DNA from: a virus
Taxonomy: Duplodnaviria > Caudoviricetes
Strand: one strand, 5' to 3'
Length of the DNA stretch: 42,078 nucleotides
Virus record (IMG/VR): IMGVR_UViG_3300048599_000790
Coordinates: 1-42,078 of that record
This document shows, one piece after another, positions 8,009 through 18,218 of this stretch. The notes under the pieces were generated by a model. It was not told the origin of the DNA. It searched no databases and saw only the letters and a list, made by a program, of their open reading frames with translations. How positions within the stretch are numbered: position 1 is the stretch's first letter; every line of letters starts with the position of its first letter. The position numbers and the translations under genes are program-made.

Positions 8009-9795
8009 TAGAGCCACCCCTTCGGACGATAGTGAAATTCGATGAGGGCCTTCCCCAGCCACCAGTTCGTGTCTTCGTGGAAGTGGTTCACGTCGGAGCC
8101 GCCGAGATGGATCGACATCCAGCGGCGCGGGATGCGACCCAGCGTTACCCAGTCACCGGGCGTGACCCAATCGTTGGAAGCCTGCGTCGAGCTTTCGCCG
8201 GTCAACTGCCAGATCGAGGCGTAGACCGTCCCGTCATAGGGATATTCGCCGCGCAGGAACTTGTAGACGTCGAAGAAGTCGGGGCCGAACAGCTCACGCA
8301 TCTTCGCATTCTTCGCCAGCATGTTGTTGTGCGTCGTGCTGCCCGCATCCTGCGATCCGGTCGCGAACGGCCAGTCTCCCATGACAATGAACCGGCGCTC
8401 ATCAGGCGGCAGCTTTCGCACCATCGCCTGGATCATGTCGATCGACAGCAGATTGTCGCCGTCGTTCTCGGTCGCCCACAGGATGTTGATGCCATAATCG
8501 GTATCGAACGGGTCGAGCCAGAAGGGCGTGCCGGGGATGATCGCGATGTCCCCCGTCCCGCCGACTTGCTCGATCGTATATTGCTTGGGATTGGTAGACG
8601 TGTTGTCCACCGCCTTGAGAAGGCAGGCCTGTCCGGCGATCTTACCGGCATAGACATCGGGCGCATTGTTCCGCTGGTTCGAAGGCCCGTTGACGCCGGG
8701 TGATGTCGTGCAAGCCGCGACGGTGGCGACGGGCAGCGTCGTGCCGCTTGAAAGCGTGATGTTCATGGGGATGGCGCCCATACGCGCCGCGATCTCGTGG
8801 CTTTTCTGCGCCGACTGCCCACGGTTGGCGACGCTATGCTCCGGGTTGAACTGCTTGAGCAGAAATTCCAGCTTGCGGGGCAATGACCCGGCGATGCCGC
8901 CCGTAGGCTTTACCGACGCGCCCGCATTGACAACGCCCGATCCCGCGACCGCGCTATGCCCCCATGCGATCGACGCCCGGCGCATCCGCGCGCGCTTCGT
9001 CGAAAGAAACTGGTTCGCGACAGCCCCCCGCGCCGGAACCGAATAGGCCTGCACCGCGCGCCGCTGCGAACTCAGGTCGGGGTCAACTCCCCCGATGGCT
9101 CCACGCGACGCGGGATTGCCGGTATCGAGGCCGACCGTCGCCGCGGCGCTTTCAACGCCAGCGACCGCGGTAGACAGAAATGCGCCGCTGGTCGAGATAA
9201 ATTGCGGGTCGCCGATCGGCGTCGCGACGCCCCCGACATTGCGCCACAGCACCAGATTGCCGTCATCGTCGGGCACCAGAAAGGGCATCGTGTCGGCAAC
9301 GCCGGTGACGGGATCGACGCCTTCCGCTTCGGTGTCGAAGATCGCGCCGTCCATGTATGCGCCAGCCGCGACCGAAAAGGTTTGCGCCTGATCGCGATAG
9401 CCCTGCGCTTGGTTGCGATAACCGATGGTCAACGCCTTATCTGCCGCTACCACCGCTTTATCCGCTGCCACGGCAGCTTTGTCGACTTGGACTTGCGCCG
9501 CATCCGCGGCCACCTGCTCGGACGCCATCGCAAGCGAGAGGTTGGGGTCGCCGATAAATACCCCGTTGTCCTTGAACACCTTTCGTCCGCCGAACCAGAC
9601 GACATGCTGGTAAAAGCCATCAGGAGCGCGGTAGGCAAAATTGCCGTCCGCGTCCGTGCGAAGCGGTTGCGTCGCGATGACGTCGTTGGTGTCCGTGATC
9701 TCAGCGAGATCCCCGTCACGGTCGTAGACGAACACGTCCGCGCCCTCGACTACGCGTCCCTTTTCATCGGTATAGTTTCCGTTGTACTGTGCCAT
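8008..9795 (-). CDS. Tail fibre/spike with SGNH-like esterase domain
   Basis: N-terminal adaptor (PLRTDADGNF), Ala-rich coiled coil, WGHS (GDS-like), NRG, TEND and late D..H motifs. Confidence 0.7.
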   Translation of the reverse strand: MAQYNGNYTDEKGRVVEGADVFVYDRDGDLAEITDTNDVIATQPLRTDADGNFAYRAPDGFYQHVVWFGGRKVFKDNGVFIGDPNLSLAMASEQVAADAAQVQVDKAAVAADKAVVAADKALTIGYRNQAQGYRDQAQTFSVAAGAYMDGAIFDTEAEGVDPVTGVADTMPFLVPDDDGNLVLWRNVGGVATPIGDPQFISTSGAFLSTAVAGVESAAATVGLDTGNPASRGAIGGVDPDLSSQRRAVQAYSVPARGAVANQFLSTKRARMRRASIAWGHSAVAGSGVVNAGASVKPTGGIAGSLPRKLEFLLKQFNPEHSVANRGQSAQKSHEIAARMGAIPMNITLSSGTTLPVATVAACTTSPGVNGPSNQRNNAPDVYAGKIAGQACLLKAVDNTSTNPKQYTIEQVGGTGDIAIIPGTPFWLDPFDTDYGINILWATENDGDNLLSIDMIQAMVRKLPPDERRFIVMGDWPFATGSQDAGSTTHNNMLAKNAKMRELFGPDFFDVYKFLRGEYPYDGTVYASIWQLTGESSTQASNDWVTPGDWVTLGRIPRRWMSIHLGGSDVNHFHEDTNWWLGKALIEFHYRPKGWL

Positions 9796-10268
9796 CAGAT
9801 GGGCGTCCCATAGTTGATCGCGTAAGCGCCAACCGCAGCAGACACGACGACATGGCCGTTCGCGTCGGTGACGGTGCAGGTGAAGGTGGCAGTGTGCGCG
9901 TCACCCGGCCCGACCGCGGCAGCGCGGAAGGTGGTGACGAGGCTGGCGGGCGAGATGATTGTCCACTCTTCGGGGTTCGCGTCGGTACGCTCCCACAAAC
10001 ATGAATATGGGGCCGTGCCGCCGTTCGGAGTTGCAACGACTTCCGATGTCGTGACGCCCCCGGCAAAGGTGCTGGTACGCGCGCCGAAGCTATCCGGCGT
10101 GACATCTACTGTGAACGCGCCGCCGCCGCCCTCGGTCGGGCTGAACAGCTCCTTGAGACCGGAGGCATCCCTGATATGGACTTCGCCAATGTCGGTCAGC
10201 CCCGCGGCTTCGCGGAGAACCAGAGCGCCGATCGAGGCCACGCCGGACGCGTCGCGCATTGTGATCAT
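9795..10268 (-). CDS. Tail-associated Ig/PKD-like protein
   Basis: GGTAPYS.W and TCTVTDANG beta-sandwich signature. Confidence 0.65.
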   Translation of the reverse strand: MITMRDASGVASIGALVLREAAGLTDIGEVHIRDASGLKELFSPTEGGGGAFTVDVTPDSFGARTSTFAGGVTTSEVVATPNGGTAPYSCLWERTDANPEEWTIISPASLVTTFRAAAVGPGDAHTATFTCTVTDANGHVVVSAAVGAYAINYGTPI

Positions 10269-10867
10269 GGCGCAGCCCTCTTAAGCCAGATATCTCCAAC
10301 AAGGCTGGTCGGGTCGGCCGCATCGTGATCGGTGAGGAAAACGCGCCCCGAGACCATCGCGCCAGCGGCATGGTACAGATGGACGCCAGCCCCCGAGCGC
10401 GTGATGTTACCGGTGACAGTGCCGCCAGCGAGCGGAAGCGGATCAGGAATGCCAGTCGCCGCCCGGAGCGCTGCCTGATTGGCGAGCAGAAGCAAGCCAC
10501 GCCCGTACGCTGTCGTCGTCAGTGCAGCGAGCGCGGTAAGCGTACTGCTGAGCGGCTGGTACTGCTGCCCCGTGACCTTGATCGAAGGGACGTAGAAGAC
10601 GATCTCGTCATCCGCATCCCTGACACGGATCGAGTAATCGTCCCCGTCCGCGAACACGAATGCCGGACTGTCGCCATTGTGGATCAACCCGCCGAGCACC
10701 TGAAAGGGTTGTGCGGCAGCGATCGTCAGGCCTTCATCCCAGAAAGTGGCGAGAGGGTTCGCCTCGGGGTCTTGCCCGGCAACGCCAACGAAGACCTTTC
10801 CGCCAAAGAGCAAATCGCCCTTGTCGTTCAGGAACAACGGAAAGGGATTGTCGATACGCTGAGCCAT
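10265..10867 (-). CDS. P22-like tailspike head-binding domain protein (short adaptor)
   Basis: NPFPLF..KG..L.GGKVFVG.AGQDP..NP resembles the P22 gp9 N-terminal head-binding domain. Confidence 0.75.
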   Translation of the reverse strand: MAQRIDNPFPLFLNDKGDLLFGGKVFVGVAGQDPEANPLATFWDEGLTIAAAQPFQVLGGLIHNGDSPAFVFADGDDYSIRVRDADDEIVFYVPSIKVTGQQYQPLSSTLTALAALTTTAYGRGLLLLANQAALRAATGIPDPLPLAGGTVTGNITRSGAGVHLYHAAGAMVSGRVFLTDHDAADPTSLVGDIWLKRAAP

Positions 10868-10890
10868 GCTAGAATAGCTCCGTGAAAATG

Positions 10891-13770
10891 CTATTGCGCG
10901 TCATCGCGTTTCCCATCTGCTGGTGGTGTTTTGACGGCATCGCCTTTTTCTTCTTCGGCATAGGCTGACACGGGGGTGCGCTGAGCGGCGCCGCTGAGCT
11001 GATTTTGCAGCGCGGATTGGAGGCTGAGTACATCGTTCGCGATGGCCGGCTCAGCCTTGGCGATGGCCGTCAACCGGCTCACGTGCGCCTTCTGGGCCGC
11101 CACGTTGGGCTTTTTCGCCGCCCCGGCCAGCCATCTGACCATCGCTTGTGAGGTGAGCATGCGCGCCGTTATGTTCGTGGCGCCCGCCGAGCCGCCAAGT
11201 GTCAGGACACCCAGCCCCCATTCGGGGATCATGTTGATCGCGCCGCCCGAGTTGCTGTGGTTCGCCCACCGCTGTGACAGCTTGGAACCTTCCGCGACCT
11301 TCGCCAGATCGTTGAGCGCTGCCCGCCCATCCTTGCCGAAGTAGGCAAGCTTGGCCGTCTCACCGATTTTGTTCCATTGCGTCAGAAAATCGGCTGGGCT
11401 GAATGCCTGTCCCGCCGCGTCCTGCCGACCCGGCGCCGCGCGCCCCATCGACTGAATCAGACTCGCTCGCGCTATGGCCTGCTCTTCTGACGGAAGGGCA
11501 TTTAGAAGCTTGACCGCGCGAGCATTATTGCCCTGCAAGTCGGCCATCATGCGCTTTGCGACCTGTTCCCCGCTGGCATTCCCGTCTTTGCCGATCAGCG
11601 GGGTTACGACGTCATCGGTCAGTTCGATGTAAGACGCCCACTGCCCGTCCCCGCGCTGATACAGATCAGCAGCGTCGGCGCGCCCTTGGGCGCGCAACCC
11701 GTCGTCGATGTCTTTGGTTATGGCGCCCATGACTCGCTGAGCGCGCGCGTTGGAAACGCCACCGCGGACATTGAACGTGGCCAAGTCCGCGCGGATTTCG
11801 CTACGGATCGCCCGCAGTGTCTCGGTGGTCATCGGCCCTTCGGCCATGCGGTCGCGGACGCGCTTGAAGATGTTCGCCGCGGTCTCGGAAAGGCCGGTTT
11901 CAGCCATCGCGTCGATTTCATCCGAAAGGGTCTGGAAAGACTCAACGGGCTTTATCCGCACACCCTCCGCCATCCGGTCAGCCGCCTTGTACAGCGCCTG
12001 ACCTTTGTCATGCTCCCGCTTGATCGCCTGTTTGGCGCCCTCAGCGACGCGATATCCCAGCGCCTCGCCGTCCATCGGAGTGCCAATGGACTTGGCGATG
12101 CGATCTCGCGCAGCCTGAAAGGTTTCCAAAGTCTTCTGGGCTTTCGCCACAATCGGACCGACGCCAGCCTGCGTCTGCGCGAGCTTGCCCGAGAGAGCAG
12201 CGGCGCGAGGATTCATATCCGGCGCGTATGGTTCAATCCCCTGGCGCTCGGCTGCCGCTGCATATTCGGCGGCCTGATCAGCAGCGGGGGAGACTGGCCG
12301 AGAACGATTTGCCTCGGCAATTTTCCCTCCGGCTGCGCCGAGAACGCGGCCCCCGGCATATCCCATCGCCGCCTCAGTCGCCGCGCCCGCCAACCGATCG
12401 CCGACATCGCCTTCGGTCGCGCCGAATCCATGCACCCCGCCATAGGCACCGGCCTCAGCAGCCATGCGCTTCGCGCCAGCTCGCGCCGCCGCCGTGCGGG
12501 CGGCGCTCATAGCGGCGCCGCCGCGCAGCGCCTGTTTCCCGGCAGTGCTTGCCGTGGAAGCCGCACTAGTCGGCAGGAACAACGCAGCGCCGAGTTGCCC
12601 GGCCATGTAAGCGCCGGGACGCTCTTGCCGGGAATAGTCCCACAAGGCGTTAGCCTCATCCCCGTATATCGCGCCTACGATCTCATCACCGAACCCCGCA
12701 GTCGGGATATCCGCGGCGCCGAGAGCGACGGCGGCAGCCGGGCTGTCCATCACGTCGCCAAGCAAACTCTGTTCGGAGTTGTCCGGGAGGAGGTGAAAGC
12801 TATCCCATCCCGGAGCCAACGACTTGATCGGTTTCGATGGGTCCTGCTTATGGAGCCGGATGACCTCTGCAATCTTAGCTTGCATGGGGGTCCCAGCTTC
12901 CACCCCGTAGGGTTTATACTGCTCGTCAAGATAGGCAGCGATTTCGGCTGCGCTCCGGCCTTGCCGGATCATGTCTGCGACAGTGTTCCCGAGGTGATAG
13001 AGCTTCGGTTCAGGGCGGAACCCAGTCCCCTTCGGTGAAACCCCATCTACCGGCGTCCCGCCCTGATCGTGGGCGCCCTTTGCGAGAGGCAGCGCGCCCG
13101 GACCTACGCCGAGCGGACCTTCGCCTTCCTCGTCGCCTTCTGTACTAGACTGAAACCCCGCGGCTTTAAGAGCCTTGTCGATTTGAGGCGCCGCCGCGCC
13201 AGCCTTTACCCGAGCGGACTCAAGGAGCAGGCCGAGGCGCTTCCGCTTGTCGGCAATGGTGGCAGGCGTGTCGAATATTTGGGCGAAATGCGACTGTCGG
13301 TAGCCCTCAAGCTGCTCTGGGGTGTAGGCGGCCCCCGTCCCCAATGTCAGCGCGGCGTCGAGGATATCGCGCTGCGCAGCCTCAATCCGCTGGCGCTTTT
13401 CGCTGTTGAAAGCATTTCGCGCGGTGTCGCCCAAAACACCTGCAATCGCAGCATCAATTTCCGGCCCCGTGTCTTCAAACTGGGATAGAGTTTGCAGGCC
13501 GCCCGCAACTCGCGCCGCCAAGAACGCCGCGGTCCTTTCAGACTCGCCGGTTTCCACGCCGCCGGTAATGTCGGCTTTTTTCTGCGTCCGAGACTCAGCC
13601 TCGGCCGCGCGCGCCTCGGCCGCTTCGGCGCGACGGTTCGCGGCCTCCGCGCGGCGGTTGGCGTCTTCGTCCCGCTCCTCCGCACGCTGCCCGACAGGAT
13701 TCGGAATAAACACCGGTCCCGGTGCCTTTTCCGTCGCGACAGGATCATTTGCCCAGAACTGTTCAGCCAT
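10891..13770 (-). CDS. Large DNA ejection/internal virion protein (gp16-like position)
   Basis: 959 aa, Ala/Gly-rich and helical; third gene of the ejection cluster. Confidence 0.75.
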   Translation of the reverse strand: MAEQFWANDPVATEKAPGPVFIPNPVGQRAEERDEDANRRAEAANRRAEAAEARAAEAESRTQKKADITGGVETGESERTAAFLAARVAGGLQTLSQFEDTGPEIDAAIAGVLGDTARNAFNSEKRQRIEAAQRDILDAALTLGTGAAYTPEQLEGYRQSHFAQIFDTPATIADKRKRLGLLLESARVKAGAAAPQIDKALKAAGFQSSTEGDEEGEGPLGVGPGALPLAKGAHDQGGTPVDGVSPKGTGFRPEPKLYHLGNTVADMIRQGRSAAEIAAYLDEQYKPYGVEAGTPMQAKIAEVIRLHKQDPSKPIKSLAPGWDSFHLLPDNSEQSLLGDVMDSPAAAVALGAADIPTAGFGDEIVGAIYGDEANALWDYSRQERPGAYMAGQLGAALFLPTSAASTASTAGKQALRGGAAMSAARTAAARAGAKRMAAEAGAYGGVHGFGATEGDVGDRLAGAATEAAMGYAGGRVLGAAGGKIAEANRSRPVSPAADQAAEYAAAAERQGIEPYAPDMNPRAAALSGKLAQTQAGVGPIVAKAQKTLETFQAARDRIAKSIGTPMDGEALGYRVAEGAKQAIKREHDKGQALYKAADRMAEGVRIKPVESFQTLSDEIDAMAETGLSETAANIFKRVRDRMAEGPMTTETLRAIRSEIRADLATFNVRGGVSNARAQRVMGAITKDIDDGLRAQGRADAADLYQRGDGQWASYIELTDDVVTPLIGKDGNASGEQVAKRMMADLQGNNARAVKLLNALPSEEQAIARASLIQSMGRAAPGRQDAAGQAFSPADFLTQWNKIGETAKLAYFGKDGRAALNDLAKVAEGSKLSQRWANHSNSGGAINMIPEWGLGVLTLGGSAGATNITARMLTSQAMVRWLAGAAKKPNVAAQKAHVSRLTAIAKAEPAIANDVLSLQSALQNQLSGAAQRTPVSAYAEEEKGDAVKTPPADGKRDDAQ

Positions 13771-14939
13771 TACGGTTTCACCCGCTTGGTGCCGTCAGGG
13801 GCGATATATTCGGTGCCGCTCGGGAGCTTCGCGTACTGCTGTTTGGTCATGACCTTGCGAGGCCCTTTAGGGCCGCCACCGAGAACGACATGCCAATGCG
13901 GCCCGGTGGAGTGGCCAGACGGGTTCGTCACCTCATCGCGCGCCTCAAGGATCGTGTACCCCGCATCGCGATAGCGCTGGACATACTGGTCGAACGTCAT
14001 CCCCTGCACCGGGGCGACATCCACAGCGGCACCGCTCTTGTTGTGCCAGCTCTTGGGGTTCTTCTTGCCAAGCGCGCTATTCGGATCGCGGCGGACCTGC
14101 GTCACCTGAATGTCTGGAAACAGCGAGCGCGCCACAGACCCAGCGTCGGCCACCGGCTTTCCCTTTGGGGCGCTATCGCCCTTCGTCGGTGCAGCCTCCC
14201 CGCTCGGAGCGTTCGAAGGGTCGAGCTGCGATGATCGATAAACCGAGGTGCCGTACTGGTTCGTGATCGGCGTGAGCGGGTCGTATTTGTTCTTCGCGAA
14301 CGTATCGGCCGCTTCCTGCCCATAGTCCCGCTTGATGAACTCGTACTGCTTTTCAAATTCGGTTCTGTCGGGGACCAACGCGCCATAAGCTGACGCAAAC
14401 TTGTCCGGCCCCGCCGCGGCGGCGAGTGCCATGCCGACCTGCGCCTGAACCTGCCCAACGGCGGCAGGGTCGCCGCTATCGAGAAGGTCGAGCAAACCCT
14501 GCTCGTCCGGCTCAAGCCCCGCCTTGCGCTCGGCGTCGACCCGCGCCCGGAGAACCGCCTTGGCGCGATCGACGTTACCAGACTTGAGGTAGCTGAAAAC
14601 CTCGCCGAGTTGCCCCATGTCGCGGGTGCGCTTTTCCTCGGAACCGGCGTCCCACGCGCGCTTGAGGCCTTCCGAAAATTCAGGGTAGCGCGACATCAAG
14701 CCCGCAATCCGATCCGGCGATGGGTCTGCGCCGAGTACATCGATTTCGGCTTGAAATGCCTGCTGGCGCTCGAACTTACGCCCGGCCTCGGCCAGAAGCC
14801 GGCCTTGCTCCCGCTCTTGAACAGCGACTTGACGGCGCTGCAAATCGGCAAGCAATTGCTGCTGCTGCTGCGCGGCGTAGTCCGGGACGATAGCCATCCC
14901 CGAACGGATGATGGCGCCCTGATCGATCGGTTGGACCAT
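13770..14939 (-). CDS. Ejection protein (gp20-like position) with C-terminal M15-like peptidase domain
   Basis: Gln-rich helical N-terminus; R..KSWH..G.AVDV...HWHV zinc-peptidase motif. Confidence 0.7.
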   Translation of the reverse strand: MVQPIDQGAIIRSGMAIVPDYAAQQQQQLLADLQRRQVAVQEREQGRLLAEAGRKFERQQAFQAEIDVLGADPSPDRIAGLMSRYPEFSEGLKRAWDAGSEEKRTRDMGQLGEVFSYLKSGNVDRAKAVLRARVDAERKAGLEPDEQGLLDLLDSGDPAAVGQVQAQVGMALAAAAGPDKFASAYGALVPDRTEFEKQYEFIKRDYGQEAADTFAKNKYDPLTPITNQYGTSVYRSSQLDPSNAPSGEAAPTKGDSAPKGKPVADAGSVARSLFPDIQVTQVRRDPNSALGKKNPKSWHNKSGAAVDVAPVQGMTFDQYVQRYRDAGYTILEARDEVTNPSGHSTGPHWHVVLGGGPKGPRKVMTKQQYAKLPSGTEYIAPDGTKRVKP

Positions 14940-15565
14940 CAGCCGCCACCGCCGAAAATGGCTTTAAGCGCATCCTCGATCCCGTTCCCGGCGTTCACCC
15001 AGTTTTGCGCGTTGATCCCGCCACGCGTCAAAATCCCGCCAGCGCGAACTTGCCCTTGCTGGCCGAAGAGATTGGAAATCTGATTGGCCTTGTTTGCCCC
15101 GAACGACGAAACGGCGTCAGTCGCGCCCGAACCGAGCCCCGCCGCGCCTGCGAGTTGAGCGAGCTTGCGGTCCAACTCGTCGGCGAATAGGACGGCGCGG
15201 TTATTGAACAGGGCATCTTGCATGTTGCCTCCGCGCAGTCCGCCTGTCGCCGAAGCATTGGCAAGCATCGCCTCCTCTCCATTGCGGATACGCGAGGCGA
15301 GTGCCGGGCTCGTCTGGACCAAATCCATGAAAGCTTGTTGGTTTTCGGTGCCATTTAGACCAATGCCATCCGCCAAGCCCTCAACTGAGGGAGCGAGTAG
15401 CTTGAGAAGTGGGCCGTAATCAGCGCGCGTAACGTCAAACTGGCGCTGTTGCTCGGCAAGAGCCTTGTTCAGATATTCGAGTTGCGCGGCTTCGGCGTTG
15501 CGGCTGGCCTTCTTGGCCTTGCCGCCCCCGATCAGGCCACCGATGAAGGAGAAAAAGCCCATCAA
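14939..15565 (-). CDS. DNA transfer/ejection protein (gp7-like)
   Basis: Gly-rich N-terminus, QQRQFD and ASATGGLRGGN motifs. Confidence 0.8.
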   Translation of the reverse strand: MMGFFSFIGGLIGGGKAKKASRNAEAAQLEYLNKALAEQQRQFDVTRADYGPLLKLLAPSVEGLADGIGLNGTENQQAFMDLVQTSPALASRIRNGEEAMLANASATGGLRGGNMQDALFNNRAVLFADELDRKLAQLAGAAGLGSGATDAVSSFGANKANQISNLFGQQGQVRAGGILTRGGINAQNWVNAGNGIEDALKAIFGGGG

Positions 15566-15629
15566 AATCCCGCGCGGTTGCTACGGCATTGTGAATAGTC
15601 CCTGCCGCTGCGCGGGGCATTTGGGCAAA

Positions 15630-16142
15630 TTACGCGACGCGAACCATCAGGTGAGAGCCGTTGCGGTACATGCCCCCTACGGGAACACCCCCGGAAGCCG
15701 CGGCGGCATCGTCGGCATAGTTTCCGAGCCCCGAAACGATTGGCGCCGCCAGCGTCTTGCCCGAAAGTGTTTCTACACCTTCCGTGGTCGCCATCGTGCC
15801 GGTTAGGGGAAGCAGGATGGCAGCATTCCCTCCCACGGTAAAATTGACCGTGAAGCCACCGTTTACCAGCGGCACGGACTGGCTTGTCCTAATGGTCAGC
15901 CGCGCCCCGTCATCTACCGCTGAAAGGCCCTGCCCCAACACCAGTTGCCGCTCATTTGTGAACGCGCCATTGGGAGAAAGAACAATGACGGTCGCGTCTT
16001 GGAGGTTTTCCGTCGCTGTCGCTGTCGTTCTCAGTCCGTCCGCGGTCGCCTCCACGGCGATCGATTGCGCCTCGAAGGCCCGAAGCAGGCGAGGCTCGCG
16101 CCCAAAGTACTTCTCAAGGAGGTGCCGCGGGATACCAGCCAC
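15630..16142 (-). CDS. Virion structural protein (tail needle-like position)
   Basis: Follows the gp10-like gene; YADDAAAASGGVPVGGMYRNG C-terminus. Confidence 0.6.
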   Translation of the reverse strand: MAGIPRHLLEKYFGREPRLLRAFEAQSIAVEATADGLRTTATATENLQDATVIVLSPNGAFTNERQLVLGQGLSAVDDGARLTIRTSQSVPLVNGGFTVNFTVGGNAAILLPLTGTMATTEGVETLSGKTLAAPIVSGLGNYADDAAAASGGVPVGGMYRNGSHLMVRVA

Positions 16143-17506
16143 TATTCGATGTCCTCGACCAGCTTGGAAATGCCCGCAAGCGAGGTGTCAAAGCCCCTGA
16201 TCCGCAGCGTTGCGTGTGTCGCGAAACGAACGCGCGGGCGCCACTGCATTTTCTCACCCCGATTCCCGGCGGCGCCCAGCGGCAACGCCATTTCCTGCCC
16301 GAACGTCTGCCCATCCCGAGACCAGGAGAGAAACATCACCGCCCGCTGTCCATGGGGGACGCGTCCCGGCAATCCGATCAGTTCAAGCGCTTTCAGGACG
16401 AACGGCTGCCCGTCTCCCTCGATCAGGGGCGTGTCGAAATACCACTCAGCGGGCTCGCCGAAATGCGTCGATTCATCGTGAACCATACGCCCTACGGCGC
16501 TGCTTTCCGTATCGCCGCAGAACCAGTCCCCATCGCTTTCCACGGCATTCCGAAGCCGATATGGCTTCCCGTAGCCTGACCTGCATCGATACCAGACCGG
16601 CTGCTTGAAAAAATTCGATGCGGTCTCGCAAAACACCCATGACTCGTCCGGCAAATGGACAACAAGGCGGCGCTCCTTGCGATATACCCGCTGCTCCAGC
16701 TCAATCGCGGCTGGGTTCCCGATTTTCGACAGGGCTGTGTCGAGCGCGCGGGTGCTGATGTTCGTGGCGGTCCCCTGCCCCGCAACATAAACGCTGATCG
16801 CCTCGCCCTTTGCAGAACCGATGAACGCGAAGCTCTCCCCGAATGCGCATTTCGCGCTCGCGGACACACAGCCGAAGGGAATAATTGCCCCCTCCACAGC
16901 AGCGAACGGGAAGCCATTCCCGCCCACATTCTGCATCACCTCAATGGTGTGGCGGCCGAGCACATACACCTCGCCCCGAATCTCTATCAGGCCAGTAACC
17001 ATGTCGGGGTCTTGTTCGGCGCTGCCATATTTCAGAGGATCAACCGCCGTGGGGTCGGTGAGCTGGGTCACAACGATCGACGTGCCATCCGTCGTCATGA
17101 AATAGCCGTCTATCCACAGCAGGTCTCGGACCGGGCCGAGGTCAACGTCTGTCACCTGCGCCAGTGTCGAGCCGGTCCAGTACCAGAGGGCTTCGCCGGA
17201 GCGGATGGCTAGGCGGTCAAAGCCATAGTCGAAAGAGCATCGCCCCTCGCCGCCCACGTCGCCGATCTCAGTCACGACGCCAGCGGTGATGCTGACCAGC
17301 TTCGTGCCCATGACTCGATAGTGCGCACCGTTCCAATGGACGCCGCCGCGGTCGATGCCCGGCCCCGTCGCATACGCCACCGCACCGACAGGCGAACGGA
17401 ACTGGCCCAGCTTCCCATCAGGGGTCATCGGCTCAAGGTTGAGCGGGACGCTTTCAACGAACTCGGCCTCAGACGAGCCGAGCAGCCCTCCAAGGAGCGG
17501 GATCAT
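16142..17506 (-). CDS. Packaged DNA stabilisation protein / tail hub (P22 gp10-like)
   Basis: 454 aa; WIDGYF, YGSAEQDPD and SWSRDGQTFG motifs; synteny. Confidence 0.9.
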   Translation of the reverse strand: MIPLLGGLLGSSEAEFVESVPLNLEPMTPDGKLGQFRSPVGAVAYATGPGIDRGGVHWNGAHYRVMGTKLVSITAGVVTEIGDVGGEGRCSFDYGFDRLAIRSGEALWYWTGSTLAQVTDVDLGPVRDLLWIDGYFMTTDGTSIVVTQLTDPTAVDPLKYGSAEQDPDMVTGLIEIRGEVYVLGRHTIEVMQNVGGNGFPFAAVEGAIIPFGCVSASAKCAFGESFAFIGSAKGEAISVYVAGQGTATNISTRALDTALSKIGNPAAIELEQRVYRKERRLVVHLPDESWVFCETASNFFKQPVWYRCRSGYGKPYRLRNAVESDGDWFCGDTESSAVGRMVHDESTHFGEPAEWYFDTPLIEGDGQPFVLKALELIGLPGRVPHGQRAVMFLSWSRDGQTFGQEMALPLGAAGNRGEKMQWRPRVRFATHATLRIRGFDTSLAGISKLVEDIE

Positions 17507-17958
17507 CAGCCTGCCTCGGGGAAATACGGGTTCCGGCTCGTCGTCCAGCCCCGCGCACCAGCACCCCGGATCGTGCCCGGAGCATAACCTGCGACAAGGC
17601 CGCTGACAGCATAGCGAGCGGAGACCTGCAATACCGCCCGAGTGTAGGCGGCGCGGAACGCGGTCTTTGGTTCACGATCAAAGGTCGCGAACAGCCGCAT
17701 AGCGAGATGCTGCGCAACCGCTGCAAGCGCGTCGGACGCGATGCCCGATGGCTCCTCGGCCTCCCCGTCACCATATGCAGGCTGAATGTACCCCATGCGC
17801 GACCAAGGCTCTTCGGTCATGGCCGTGTTGAGCCGACGCAGCGCCAGGGACTTTTCCTCCGGCGTTACGCTCAGGTCCGACATGCCCAAATCCTCGAAGG
17901 CCAGCGAGATAATCGCGCTCTTCTTCGGACCGTCGCCTACAAGAGGGATTTCACTCAC
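17506..17958 (-). CDS. Head completion/stabilisation protein (P22 gp4-like)
   Basis: II.LAF..LG, ALRRLN.AM and GAG near the C-terminus; synteny. Confidence 0.8.
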   Translation of the reverse strand: MSEIPLVGDGPKKSAIISLAFEDLGMSDLSVTPEEKSLALRRLNTAMTEEPWSRMGYIQPAYGDGEAEEPSGIASDALAAVAQHLAMRLFATFDREPKTAFRAAYTRAVLQVSARYAVSGLVAGYAPGTIRGAGARGWTTSRNPYFPEAG

Positions 17959-17967
17959 GGCGGGAAC

Positions 17968-18144
17968 TTATTCGCCAGCCTTCTTGCGTGCCGGGGCTTT
18001 GTAGCGCGCCCAGCCAGCCTTCACAGCATCAGCCTCGTCGTCCGCGCTTTCGACAATGTGCGTGTCGTAGCCCTTGCCGTCGATGACGACATCGCCGCCT
18101 TCCTTGAAGAGCATCGCGGGATATTTGCTAACTTCATCCGACAT
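17968..18144 (-). CDS. 58-aa protein after the coat gene
   Basis: GGAGG RBS; MSDEVSKYPAMLFKEGG...AVKAGWAR; below the ORF-track cutoff. Confidence 0.7.
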   Translation of the reverse strand: MSDEVSKYPAMLFKEGGDVVIDGKGYDTHIVESADDEADAVKAGWARYKAPARKKAGE

Positions 18145-18191
18145 GGGACTGCCTCCAATTCAGCGGTCAGGGTTTGGCCGCTCAAATGGAG

Positions 18192-18213
18192 GGCGGGAGC
18201 CGAAACCCCCGCC
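18192..18213 (-). terminator. UUCG hairpin after the coat gene (weak terminator or stabiliser)
   Basis: GGCGGGGGT-TTCG-GCTCCCGCC on the minus strand; short U tract. Confidence 0.45.
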
Positions 18214-18218
18214 GCCCG

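Noticed and set aside
6947-10867. Diversity-generating retroelement acting on tail genes
   Set aside because: No reverse transcriptase ORF, and no template/variable repeat pair noticed by eye
11686-13038. 450-aa plus-strand ORF (similarly 21336-22442, 18174-19091, 19502-20509, 36907-37866)
   Set aside because: Antisense shadows of virion or recombination genes; no motifs or RBS support
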